A DNA stretch of 29,719 bases from Pseudomonadota bacterium (GTDB taxonomy: Bacteria > Bdellovibrionota > FAC87 > UBA2466), in NCBI GenBank assembly GCA_043767805.1, contig JAYUGC010000101.1, positions 1-29,719 of the forward strand, given 5' to 3'. The notes below the pieces were generated by a model. It worked only from the letters and a program-made list of their open reading frames with translations, searched no databases and was not told the DNA's origin. Positions 16,665-24,563 of the stretch are shown here, one piece after another. Position 1 is the stretch's first letter. Each line of letters begins with the position of its first letter. Made by a program: the position numbers and the translations under genes.

Positions 16665-17246
16665 GTTCGCCCAAGCCGCCGTCATTTTCCCTTCGGCGCT
16701 CAGGAAAAAGTGCTTTCCCAAGTAGAAGCGCCGCTGAACCGAGAGCTGTAGTCCCGCCCCGACCAGGAAATACTGTGAGCCCAGAATGCCGCCCACGGCG
16801 GAGTTGTAGGCTTCGCCGCGCACGGTGGTGATCGGATGCGCGATGATGGGCCCCACGCCCAATCGCAAGATGAGCCATTTCAAGTCCCAGGCGCGGTTCA
16901 AGAGAAAGAAATTGAAACCGAAGGTGGCCTTGAAGTTCTGCACCTCGGGCGGGTTATTGTTGAGCACCACCTTGTGATGGATGTTCTCGAACTCCCAGCC
17001 GCTGCTTTGCGGGCCTTGTGTCCATCCCCCGAGGCGAATGGCGTAATAGGGCGCTTGGCGGAAAGTCTCGTTGGACCAAGTGCCGAGGAAATGGAGCGTG
17101 GCCTCCCCGTCTTGGTAAATGTGGACTTCGCTCGGCAAGCTGTAGGCGGTGCCAAGGGAGCCTTCCATGAGAAAGTTCGCCCGGGCTTTCGGCGTCAAAA
17201 TGAGCAGGCAGAGCCCCAGAAAAGGGAACAGAAACCGCTTCGTCAT
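16587..17246 (-). CDS. Small outer-membrane beta-barrel protein, LpxQ-like
   Basis: Signal peptide (...KARA), amphipathic strands, F..APYYAIRLG and GWEFENIHHKV motifs, C-terminal GYLF. SD GAGG. Confidence 0.6.
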   Translation of the reverse strand: MTKRFLFPFLGLCLLILTPKARANFLMEGSLGTAYSLPSEVHIYQDGEATLHFLGTWSNETFRQAPYYAIRLGGWTQGPQSSGWEFENIHHKVVLNNNPPEVQNFKATFGFNFFLLNRAWDLKWLILRLGVGPIIAHPITTVRGEAYNSAVGGILGSQYFLVGAGLQLSVQRRFYLGKHFFLSAEGKMTAAWANLPVARGTSQISNVAFHILGGTGYLF

Positions 17247-17261
17247 AGGGACCTCGGTGAA

Positions 17262-17750
17262 TTAGTGAGAGTGATCGTGGCCTTCGGGACCATGAGCGTG
17301 TCCGTGAGACAGCTCCTCTTCGGTAGCTTTGCGAACGGAAATGACTTCCACCTGGAAGTTGAGTGTCTGTCCGGCGAGCGGATGATTGCCGTCCACCGTG
17401 ACCGTGTCCCCGACTTCCTTGATGGTGTAGACCATGCCGTTGCCGTCGCCGCCCAAGTCCGCTTCGAATTGAATGCCGGCTTTGATGGGAAAATCTTTCG
17501 GGAAGACGTCTTTCGGGATTTTACGGACCAGCTTAGGGTCCGGATTGCCGTAGCCGTCTTCGGGGGAGACGGTGACCTGCTTCTTTGCGCCCACCGAGAG
17601 GCCCGCCAAGGCTTTTTCGAGCCCGGGAATCATCTCATGGGCGCCGTGCAGATACTGAAACGGCTCGTCGCGATCGGCTCTGTCGAGCTCCTCGCCCTTC
17701 GGATTGGTTAGCACATAAGAGATGCCGACGACGCTGCCCTTTTGGATCAT
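17262..17750 (-). CDS. slyD: FKBP-type peptidyl-prolyl cis-trans isomerase SlyD
   Basis: Start moved to ATG 17750. YLHG..MIPGLE.AL, SPEDGYG, VDGNHPLAGQTLNF, RKATEEEL.HGHAHG His-rich tail. Confidence 0.93.
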   Translation of the reverse strand: MIQKGSVVGISYVLTNPKGEELDRADRDEPFQYLHGAHEMIPGLEKALAGLSVGAKKQVTVSPEDGYGNPDPKLVRKIPKDVFPKDFPIKAGIQFEADLGGDGNGMVYTIKEVGDTVTVDGNHPLAGQTLNFQVEVISVRKATEEELSHGHAHGPEGHDHSH

Positions 17751-17900
17751 ATTGACCCAATAATCCAAGGTCTTTTCAGGAATGGCAATGAAAGTTTGGG
17801 GGAAACCGGACGCTTTAACGCTCGTCGTTACCGCGAGCGGGCTCCTGATTGAAAATCCCGCGAGGTGTAGATAGGTTAGCGTGCATTCGGGAGGCAGTTC

Positions 17901-18446
17901 ATGACGTTCGTTTCCAAGCGTTGGCTCGGGTTAGCTCCATGTCTGGGTTTTCTTTTTTACTCGGCGTGTTCCACGCTGAGCGAAAAGCAGTGCAAACAAG
18001 GGGACTGGTACGAGATCGGAATGAAGGACGGCCTCGAGGGCCATGGCGTGGATCGCCTGCAGAAACATTCCGAGGCCTGCACGGAGTACGGCGTTTCTCC
18101 CAATAAACCCGCCTATGAAAAGGGGCGCGACGAGGGACTCAAATCCTATTGCTCCTCCGACAATGCGTTTAATCTCGGCAGGAATGGCGGGTACTACCGG
18201 GGGGGCTGTCCCGCGTCCATGGAGCCCGCTTTTTTAAGAAAGTACGAGTCGGGAAAACAGCTCCACGACATGCAAGCGCGCGTTACCCGGCTCTACAATG
18301 AGATCACCGATCTCGAAAACGAAATGGATAGGGAAAAAGACGTGAATCAGCGCGTCCGGTTGAGGGAGCGCATCCGGGACCGGCAGAGAGAGCGAGACGA
18401 GCTGCAGCGCCGCCTTACCGTCCTTGAAATCAAGGGCGACAGCTAA
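17901..18446 (+). CDS. DUF2799-like lipoprotein with C-terminal coiled coil
   Basis: Lipobox YSAC, C...DWYEIG.KDG..G, Y..G...GL..YC, G..Y.GGCP, charged coiled-coil tail. SD GGGAGG. Confidence 0.8.
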   Translation: MTFVSKRWLGLAPCLGFLFYSACSTLSEKQCKQGDWYEIGMKDGLEGHGVDRLQKHSEACTEYGVSPNKPAYEKGRDEGLKSYCSSDNAFNLGRNGGYYRGGCPASMEPAFLRKYESGKQLHDMQARVTRLYNEITDLENEMDREKDVNQRVRLRERIRDRQRERDELQRRLTVLEIKGDS

Positions 18447-18486
18447 TGGTCGACGAGCGCTAGGCCGTGAGATAAAACAGGACCCA

Positions 18487-19179
18487 GTGAGCCGACTAGT
18501 TAGCGCAGCCTTGTTGTTTTTCGTTAAATACTTCTCGAAGGTTTTCTATCGCTTCGAGCTCGGCTACATCGGAGACATTCCTCCCGATCCGTGGCGCGAA
18601 GTTCGCTTGCTCCTCGTCCTCAATCACACGAGTCTCTTCGAGCCGCTCTTCGTGCGCGTGCTTCCCAATCATTTTCTTTGGGCACTTTCCGGGAGGCTGG
18701 TGCTTCCGGGCGCGGATAAGACGCTGAGCCGCCCCATCGTGGGCCGTTTCTACCGCTGGTTCGCGCCGCGCATGGTTCCCATCTCGCGCAAGCGGGATAA
18801 CACCTGGTCCGATTTCATGGAGCGAGTGGAAAAGGACTCCATCGTCATTCTATTGCCCGAAGGCCGGATGAAACGGAGGAACGGGCTCGACTCCAGCGGC
18901 AAGCCAATGAGCATTCGCGGGGGCGTGGGGGATGTGCTCAATGCCATGTCCGAAGGCCGGATGGCCATCGCCTATAGCGGGGGTCTCCATCACATTCAGG
19001 CGCCGGGGGATTGGTTCCCGAAACTTTTCAAAACCATCCGCGGCAACGTCGAGTTCTTGGATATCATGACTTACAAGCAGGAGCTCGGCGCCGAGAGTAG
19101 CCACGCGTTCAAGCTCGCCGTGGTCGCCGATCTCACGGAGCGCCAGAAACGCAACACGCCTTTGCCGTTTCCGTCCTAA
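18487..19179 (+). CDS. PlsC-like glycerolipid acyltransferase
   Basis: Start likely GTG 18487 (AGGA upstream). Block I NHTSLFE, block III LPEGRM. Confidence 0.78.
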   Translation: MSRLVSAALLFFVKYFSKVFYRFELGYIGDIPPDPWREVRLLLVLNHTSLFEPLFVRVLPNHFLWALSGRLVLPGADKTLSRPIVGRFYRWFAPRMVPISRKRDNTWSDFMERVEKDSIVILLPEGRMKRRNGLDSSGKPMSIRGGVGDVLNAMSEGRMAIAYSGGLHHIQAPGDWFPKLFKTIRGNVEFLDIMTYKQELGAESSHAFKLAVVADLTERQKRNTPLPFPS

Positions 19180-19204
19180 GGCTCGTTCTGTTACCGTTTA
19201 CGGT

Positions 19205-20524
19205 ATGACTGAGCTCTCTCGAAGGCTGAAACTCGGATCGGCCTGCGCGGTAACCGCGGGAAGCGTGATCGGCTCCGGGGTCTTTCTCGTCGCGGCGGAA
19301 ATCGCGCGGGTGGTGCCTTCGCCCACGGCCGCGCTTAGCGTGTGGGTGGTGGCCGGCCTCATAAGCCTCATGGGAGGACTCATCTTCGCGGAGCTCGGCG
19401 CGATGTACCCGCAAGCCGGCGGGCAATACCGCTATCTGACGGAAGCCTTTCCGCCCTGGCTCGGTTTTCTTTTCGGCTGGGCGCTGATCTTGGTCATTCA
19501 GTCGGGCTCCATCGCCGCGGTCGCGGTGAGCTTCTCTCGCTTCTTCGGGCAAATCGTCGTAATGACGCCCGTGCAGGAAAAAATCGTCGCCGCTCTGGTG
19601 GTCTTGGCGGCTACCGGATTGAACGCCATTGGCGTGAAGGAAGCCGCCGGCGTGCTTGATGTCGTCACTATCTTGAAAGCCCTCGCTTTGCTTCTCATCG
19701 GCAGTCTCGCTTTCTTCGCGCCGCCGGCCGCCGCGATGGCTCCCTCGACCGCGGTGGTGACTTTCTCGGGCTACGGGGTCGCGCTCATCGCGGCGTTTTG
19801 GTCGTTCGACGGCTGGAACAATCTGGGATTCGTGGCGGGAGAAATCGTCGAGCCAAGCCGCAACCTGCCCAAAGCCGCCATCATCGGCATCGTCGGCGTG
19901 GGGCTTCTCTATCTCGGCTGTAATCTCGCGTACTCGAGATGGCTCACCGTGGACGCCATCGCCGGCTCCTCTTTCGTCGCAGCGGATGCCGTGAGAAACG
20001 CCTTGGGATCGGGAGCCGTGCCCTGGCTCTCGGGGCTTGTCGCACTTTCCGCCTTGGGCTGCGTGAATGGACTTACTCTCGGCGGCGCCCGCGTGATTTA
20101 CGCCATGGGGCGCGACGACTCTTTGCCGGAGGCCTTCGGCCGTCTGACGGCTCGCCATGTCCCCCTCGTGGCGCTTCTCGCGCAGATGGCTTGGACGCTG
20201 GTTCTTATCTTCAGCGGAACGTACGATCAGCTTTTTACTTACGTCGTCTTCGCGGCGTTTCTCTTTTACGGTCTGACGGCGGTCGCCATGCTCCGTTTGA
20301 GAAAGACCCGTCCGAAAGCGGAGCGGCCTTATCGCGTTCCCCTATATCCTTGGCTGCCCTTGGGCTACGTTGCCTTTACTACCGTTTTCACCTTGAACGC
20401 CATCGTCGAAAAACCCACGGAGGCACTCGCGGGAACGGCCATCGTTTTGTCGGGCCTTCCCGTGTGGTGGTGGCGTCAGCGTGTGGTTAAGGCACGAGCG
20501 CGTGCTGCTTCAAAAGCGCTTTGA
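19205..20524 (+). CDS. APC-superfamily amino-acid permease (LAT/SteT-like)
   Basis: About 12 hydrophobic helices. GSVIGSGVF, FAELG.M.P.AGG.Y.Y, FDGW, GE...P.RNLP, RPYRVPLYP. Confidence 0.93.
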   Translation: MTELSRRLKLGSACAVTAGSVIGSGVFLVAAEIARVVPSPTAALSVWVVAGLISLMGGLIFAELGAMYPQAGGQYRYLTEAFPPWLGFLFGWALILVIQSGSIAAVAVSFSRFFGQIVVMTPVQEKIVAALVVLAATGLNAIGVKEAAGVLDVVTILKALALLLIGSLAFFAPPAAAMAPSTAVVTFSGYGVALIAAFWSFDGWNNLGFVAGEIVEPSRNLPKAAIIGIVGVGLLYLGCNLAYSRWLTVDAIAGSSFVAADAVRNALGSGAVPWLSGLVALSALGCVNGLTLGGARVIYAMGRDDSLPEAFGRLTARHVPLVALLAQMAWTLVLIFSGTYDQLFTYVVFAAFLFYGLTAVAMLRLRKTRPKAERPYRVPLYPWLPLGYVAFTTVFTLNAIVEKPTEALAGTAIVLSGLPVWWWRQRVVKARARAASKAL

Positions 20525-21620
20525 GCCGATCGTGCGGCAGTCCGTAGGCGGTGACGCCGTCTCGTCCTTCCATCGTTTTTCCCGCGACGAGTGCATTGAG
20601 GAGCGCTTCTTCCGCCGCGTCCACCGCCGCCTCGAAAAGCGGATTGATGTGAGCGTCGGAGAGTAGCTCCATCTTGAGGGTGCGCTTTTTCGGATTGTGA
20701 GGAATGAGATTCTTCGTGGAAAAGGCGACGGCCAAATCCCCGCTGCCATGTTGCGCTACGGCCCCCGTGCGCGCGATGCCCAGCATGGTGCGTTTCGCCA
20801 TGCGAGAAAGCTGACGGGAATCCAGAGGCGCGTCGGTGGCGAGCACGATGACGATGGAGCCTTCTTGTTTTTTCGCCGGTATGAGATCGGAAATCTCCTG
20901 GCCGATAGGCGCCCCCAGAACGCGCAACGTATGCCGTCGTCCGTGATTGGCGTTCAGCAGGACGCCGACCGTATATCCGCCGTCCTCCTTACCGAGAACG
21001 CGGGAGCTCGTGCCGATCCCGCCTTTGAACTCGTAGGAAATCATGCCGGTGCCCGCGCCGACGGAGCCTTCTTCTAGACTTCCCGTTTTTGCGTTCTCGA
21101 CGGCGTCAAAGGCATGCCGAGGCAGAACGTGCTGGCCGCGGATGTCGTTCAAGCTTCCGTCGTCGCACTCCATCACCATCGGCGTCACGGTGTCGTCGCT
21201 TACGCCGATCTCCGGATGCTTTTTCGTCATCCAGTCGACGAGCCCCCTCTGAACCGCCGCGACGCTCAAAGTGTTAGTGAGCGCAATTGGCGTTTCTAGA
21301 AAGCCTGATTCCTGCAGCCACATGAGGCCAGTCGCTTCGCCGTTGCCGTTCAATACGAAACTGCCGGCTTGCACTTTGTTTTTCCAGACATCGCTCGTCG
21401 GCACGATTGCGGTGACGCCCGTGCGCACCGGGCCTTTGCCGATGACGAGCTTTCCCGAGCCGGTGTTCAACGTCACCTGGCCTACTCTCACGCCCGCTAC
21501 GTCGGTAAGCGCGTTGAGTTTCCCCGGCGTGAACTTTCCGACGGCGGCGCCGAAATCCCGAAACCGGGGTGCCGCGTGCGCGAGTTCAGCCACTACCAAG
21601 AAAAGCAGAAGAAAAGGCAT
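20487..21620 (-). CDS. Secreted P1/S58 family (DmpA-like) L-aminopeptidase/D-esterase
   Basis: Signal peptide. NALTDVAGVRVG, RTGVTAI, NGNGE.TG, EGSVGAGTGM, FKGGIGTSSR, autocleavage G|SI..ATDAP, HGSGD. Confidence 0.92.
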   Translation of the reverse strand: MPFLLLFLVVAELAHAAPRFRDFGAAVGKFTPGKLNALTDVAGVRVGQVTLNTGSGKLVIGKGPVRTGVTAIVPTSDVWKNKVQAGSFVLNGNGEATGLMWLQESGFLETPIALTNTLSVAAVQRGLVDWMTKKHPEIGVSDDTVTPMVMECDDGSLNDIRGQHVLPRHAFDAVENAKTGSLEEGSVGAGTGMISYEFKGGIGTSSRVLGKEDGGYTVGVLLNANHGRRHTLRVLGAPIGQEISDLIPAKKQEGSIVIVLATDAPLDSRQLSRMAKRTMLGIARTGAVAQHGSGDLAVAFSTKNLIPHNPKKRTLKMELLSDAHINPLFEAAVDAAEEALLNALVAGKTMEGRDGVTAYGLPHDRLKALLKQHALVP

Positions 21621-21681
21621 CGGGTAGTTCTGCCAGACCCCGCCCGCTGAGGCAAATCGAGTGAGGGGGAGAGGGGAGGTA

Positions 21682-21751
21682 AGAATGAGAATGAGATCGA
21701 GAATGAGAATGAGTTTTCGGAATACTCCGACTCATTCTGATTCTCATTCTT
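21682..21751. repeat. AGAATG hexamer array forming a long inverted repeat
   Basis: Left arm AGAATG AGAATG AGATCG AGAATG AGAATG AG, 3-nt bulge, inner stem TCGGA-atac-TCCGA, right arm CT CATTCT GATTCT CATTCT T. Confidence 0.85.
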
Positions 21752-21759
21752 TTGCTTTC

Positions 21760-22908
21760 CTAGGGGTTCCAAAGCGGCTCGAACGGCGGGGGAGGGCAGG
21801 TGCCGTACGTGCTCTCGCCGAGATGGAGGCAGGAGTAACTCTCGTTTCCCACGGGACCCTCTTTACCCAGAGGACCCCAGTTGCCGCGTGCTCCGTAGGA
21901 CCCGGGTTGCGCCTGCGCCCTGCAGGGCCCGGAGTTTATTCCAGGAGGGCCGCCGGATCCGCCGGGTCCGCCTTGACCGCCAGCACCCCCCGGTCCGCCC
22001 ATTCCCGGTTTTCCTTCGACCTTCACCACGAGATTTGCCGCCGAGCCAATGCGCAGGAAAACGGGCGCGGTATCGCCCCCTTTCTTGCCCACTCCGCCAG
22101 GCAATCCCGTGGCTCCGTCGGCTCCTCGGCCCCCGTTGCCGGCTTCGCGCTCGCAAATCGTGCGAGCGGTGTCGCGCCCTTCATGAGTGTAAGTGTCGGA
22201 GCTCAATCCGCGCATACCGGCGGCGCCCGCCGCTCCCATCCCTCCCGCCTCACCGCTGCCGCCTCGGCCACCGTCGGTGCGAATAAGCAGCGCGCCCGAT
22301 CCAAAGCGGGCCTTCACGTAAATGGGAGGACCCGAGCGACCGTCAAAACCTTGGGGGGATTCCGCTTTCTCCGGAAGGGCGCGTAGGACGGCGCCCGGTT
22401 CCGCGAAGAGCGAGTCGGCGACGATCTTCAAAATGTTTCCGCGTGGGCGGACATCTGCCTTCGCGCGCAAGAAGAGTCGGTGCGCGCGGATCTCATCGAC
22501 TTCCTCGGCGCCGACGATCTCGCGGTCCAGCGGCACCACGACCCGCACGGAAAGCCGCACGGGTGGCTCCACCGGCGTTTCCGTCGTCAAAGTGTAATCG
22601 AAGGTCTGTCCCGCCAGGGGAGTGTCGTCGGTGAAGGCTCGGGCTTCGGCGGCAAGGGCTGGGAAGGTTTTGCCACTGACGGAAGACTCACGCGTGATCC
22701 ACCAGCGCACGCCTCGATCGGCCGCTTCCCAAGTGAGCTCGACTTCGTAGCGATTCGGCTCGGGAAGAGCGCGCACTTCGGCTTTCAGTTTCTCCGCAAC
22801 AATTGGGGCCGCGCTTGGTTTCGCCGCGGACTCCGTGGGGACTGAGGTTGGCGCGCGCCCACACGCGGCCAAAGTTAGAGCTAATAGCGAAAGGGCAAAC
22901 GGTTGCAT
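21760..22908 (-). CDS. Lipoprotein with FnIII-like N-domain and interrupted Gly-X-Y (collagen-like) repeats
   Basis: SD AGGAGG, lipobox LAAC, VELTW...FTDD...FDYTL (FnIII-like), four Gly-X-Y blocks separated by short spacers, several of which carry Cys. Confidence 0.72.
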   Translation of the reverse strand: MQPFALSLLALTLAACGRAPTSVPTESAAKPSAAPIVAEKLKAEVRALPEPNRYEVELTWEAADRGVRWWITRESSVSGKTFPALAAEARAFTDDTPLAGQTFDYTLTTETPVEPPVRLSVRVVVPLDREIVGAEEVDEIRAHRLFLRAKADVRPRGNILKIVADSLFAEPGAVLRALPEKAESPQGFDGRSGPPIYVKARFGSGALLIRTDGGRGGSGEAGGMGAAGAAGMRGLSSDTYTHEGRDTARTICEREAGNGGRGADGATGLPGGVGKKGGDTAPVFLRIGSAANLVVKVEGKPGMGGPGGAGGQGGPGGSGGPPGINSGPCRAQAQPGSYGARGNWGPLGKEGPVGNESYSCLHLGESTYGTCPPPPFEPLWNP

Positions 22909-22934
22909 CGAGATCCTCCTCGCCGCCCAAGCAA

Positions 22935-22950
22935 AGCACGGAGCATGCCG
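22935..22950 (-). promoter_or_regulatory. Candidate sigma-54 promoter for the collagen-like lipoprotein
   Basis: Minus strand CGGCATGCTCCGTGCT = GG-N10-GC with GGCA and TGCT, 26 nt upstream of the ATG. Confidence 0.35.
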
Positions 22951-23007
22951 CGAGTTTCAAGCGGAGCGCGGGGAAGGGGAGACCGAAAGCCGGACCTCGC
23001 GAGGCGC

Positions 23008-23394
23008 TTACCCGGTCCCGTCGTCACTCGCGGGGGGAAGTTTCAGAGTTTCGAGGAGCGCGGTCGCGACCTGACTGTCGGGAAGCGCCAAAAGCTTGTC
23101 TCGCGTCACTCCATAAGAGTGCTCGAGCACCGTCAGAAATTCCGCCGCGTCCAAACGGTACACGTGAATGCCCCCGAGCTCCTTGCGATCGGCGACGGTC
23201 TTTTTTACCTCGCGGATGACGGGACGGTGCGGGCTCACGAACCCCACGTTCAAGACGAGCGAGGATCGAAACGGCCACCACCCATGTTTAGTGCCTAAGG
23301 GAAGGGCGCCCAGCCTCAAAATCATGTCTAAGGAAAGATGGTCTTTGGTCGCCGCGGGAAAAAACTTCGGATTTAGATGAAAAAATTCGACCAC
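23008..23394 (-). CDS. Hypothetical protein resembling a stand-alone GspE/PilB N-terminal (T2SSE_N) domain
   Basis: 128 aa. LSLDMILRLGALPLG...LNVGFVSP...IHVY..DAAEF..VLEHSYG resembles the T2SSE_N pattern. A good promoter sits directly upstream. Confidence 0.5.
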   Translation of the reverse strand: MVEFFHLNPKFFPAATKDHLSLDMILRLGALPLGTKHGWWPFRSSLVLNVGFVSPHRPVIREVKKTVADRKELGGIHVYRLDAAEFLTVLEHSYGVTRDKLLALPDSQVATALLETLKLPPASDDGTG

Positions 23395-23429
23395 TTGAAA
23401 AGTCTACCGGCACCCCGAGGGGTGCGCAA
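23395..23429 (-). promoter_or_regulatory. Sigma-70-type promoter (leaderless) with a palindrome in the spacer
   Basis: Minus strand TTGCGC-N17-TAGACT-N6-GTG(23394). Palindrome GCACCCC-GA-GGGGTGC at 23410-23425. Confidence 0.55.
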
Positions 23430-23622
23430 CGCCCCAGTTGTCCAAGAGTTGAGCAGGGAAAACCCCATGGATCTCGGGTGCTAGCTCGATGCTTAAATTT
23501 CGGCGAATGGAAGATCGCCATCGGCTAAAGGCTGGTGAAACGTATTGCCCGTAGACACTGGGTATGCGCGAGCCGAGTAGGCACGCGGGCTTAGGGCCTT
23601 TGGCGCACTTAACTCCAAGATC

Positions 23623-23638
23623 TGGCAGTGGGATTGCT
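23623..23638 (+). promoter_or_regulatory. Candidate sigma-54 (-24/-12) promoter of the FNR gene/redox cluster
   Basis: TGGCAGTGGGATTGCT matches TGGCA-N6-TTGCW with exact spacing, 43 nt upstream of ATG 23682. Confidence 0.55.
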
Positions 23639-23681
23639 CTCTTTAGCCGTAGATTTCCCCCTTACTACCTGAGGTCCTTCG

Positions 23682-24485
23682 ATGTTCGCGGCGCGCCTTA
23701 AATGCAAAGTCATCGAGACCCGCTGGGCGACGCCCTCGGTGTTTCTGATCCGCTTTAAGCCGTCTCGCCTGTTCTCGTTTCTCCCGGGGCAGTTCATTAG
23801 CGTCGTCATCCCGACTCCTTCGGGCCCCGTGAAGCGTTGCTATTCCCTCGCTTCGTCTCCGGAAGAAAGCCGGTCGGGCGCGTACGAGCTTTGCGTGAAA
23901 TTGGTGGCGGGCGGAGTGGGCTCCACGTTTCTCGCGAAACTTCGGCCGGGGGCCGAGTTCGAAGCGCTCGCGCCGTTTGGTAATTTCACCTACCGTCCGG
24001 TGGAGCCGGGCCGTGGCGTGGTTTTTGTCTGCACCGGTAGCGGCATCGCTCCCTTTCGCGCCATCGCGGCGTCTCGCCTCTATCAAGAGAGCCGTCCGAC
24101 TCACGGGATCGTGCTCTACGGGGCGCGGGACGAAAAAGAAATTTTGTACGAGCGGGACCTTCGCCAGCTCGGTCTCGAAATGACGGCCGCCGTTTCCAAC
24201 CCCTCTCCCACCTGGGAAGGTTTTAAGGGGCGCGTCACGGATTACCTTCGTTCTATGGGCCCGGACTTTCCGTGGCACAAAACTGACTTTTATCTCTGTG
24301 GTAACGGTCCCATGGTCCAAGACGTCGTCGCCATCCTTCAGGGTGGACGCGGCGTGGCAACCAGCGCCATCCACCGGGAAAACTTCTCGCCAGTGCGCCC
24401 CGGGGTCCGGCCAGAGCCGGTCTCCCGGCCCGAAGAGAAGCCCAGCGCTATCGTTCTGCCTTTTCCCCAAAAGTGCGCCGCCTAA
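23682..24485 (+). CDS. Ferredoxin-NAD(P)+ reductase-family FAD/NAD(P)-binding oxidoreductase
   Basis: PGQF, RCYSLAS (RxYS), GGVGSTFL, TGSGIAPF, YGAR, YLCGNGPMV, ENF. No 2Fe-2S domain. SD GAGG. Confidence 0.92.
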   Translation: MFAARLKCKVIETRWATPSVFLIRFKPSRLFSFLPGQFISVVIPTPSGPVKRCYSLASSPEESRSGAYELCVKLVAGGVGSTFLAKLRPGAEFEALAPFGNFTYRPVEPGRGVVFVCTGSGIAPFRAIAASRLYQESRPTHGIVLYGARDEKEILYERDLRQLGLEMTAAVSNPSPTWEGFKGRVTDYLRSMGPDFPWHKTDFYLCGNGPMVQDVVAILQGGRGVATSAIHRENFSPVRPGVRPEPVSRPEEKPSAIVLPFPQKCAA

Positions 24486-24563
24486 TCCGACTCAGCGCGC
24501 TCAAGAAGGTTCTTTTGCGCCGTGCAAATATTCCCTACAATAAGAGTAAGTTTCCTCGCCAAG

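Noticed and set aside
21682..21751. Repeat considered as CRISPR array or IS end
   Set aside because: 6-bp tandem units without spacers; no cas or transposase gene in the window.
21661..22386. 241-aa plus-strand ORF starting MRGRGEVRMRMRSRMRM
   Set aside because: It is a translation of the hexamer repeat plus the antisense of the collagen-like gene.
23430..23620. Possible structured ncRNA (6S/SRP/riboswitch) in the intergenic region
   Set aside because: No diagnostic motif recognised; cannot be supported without a covariance search.
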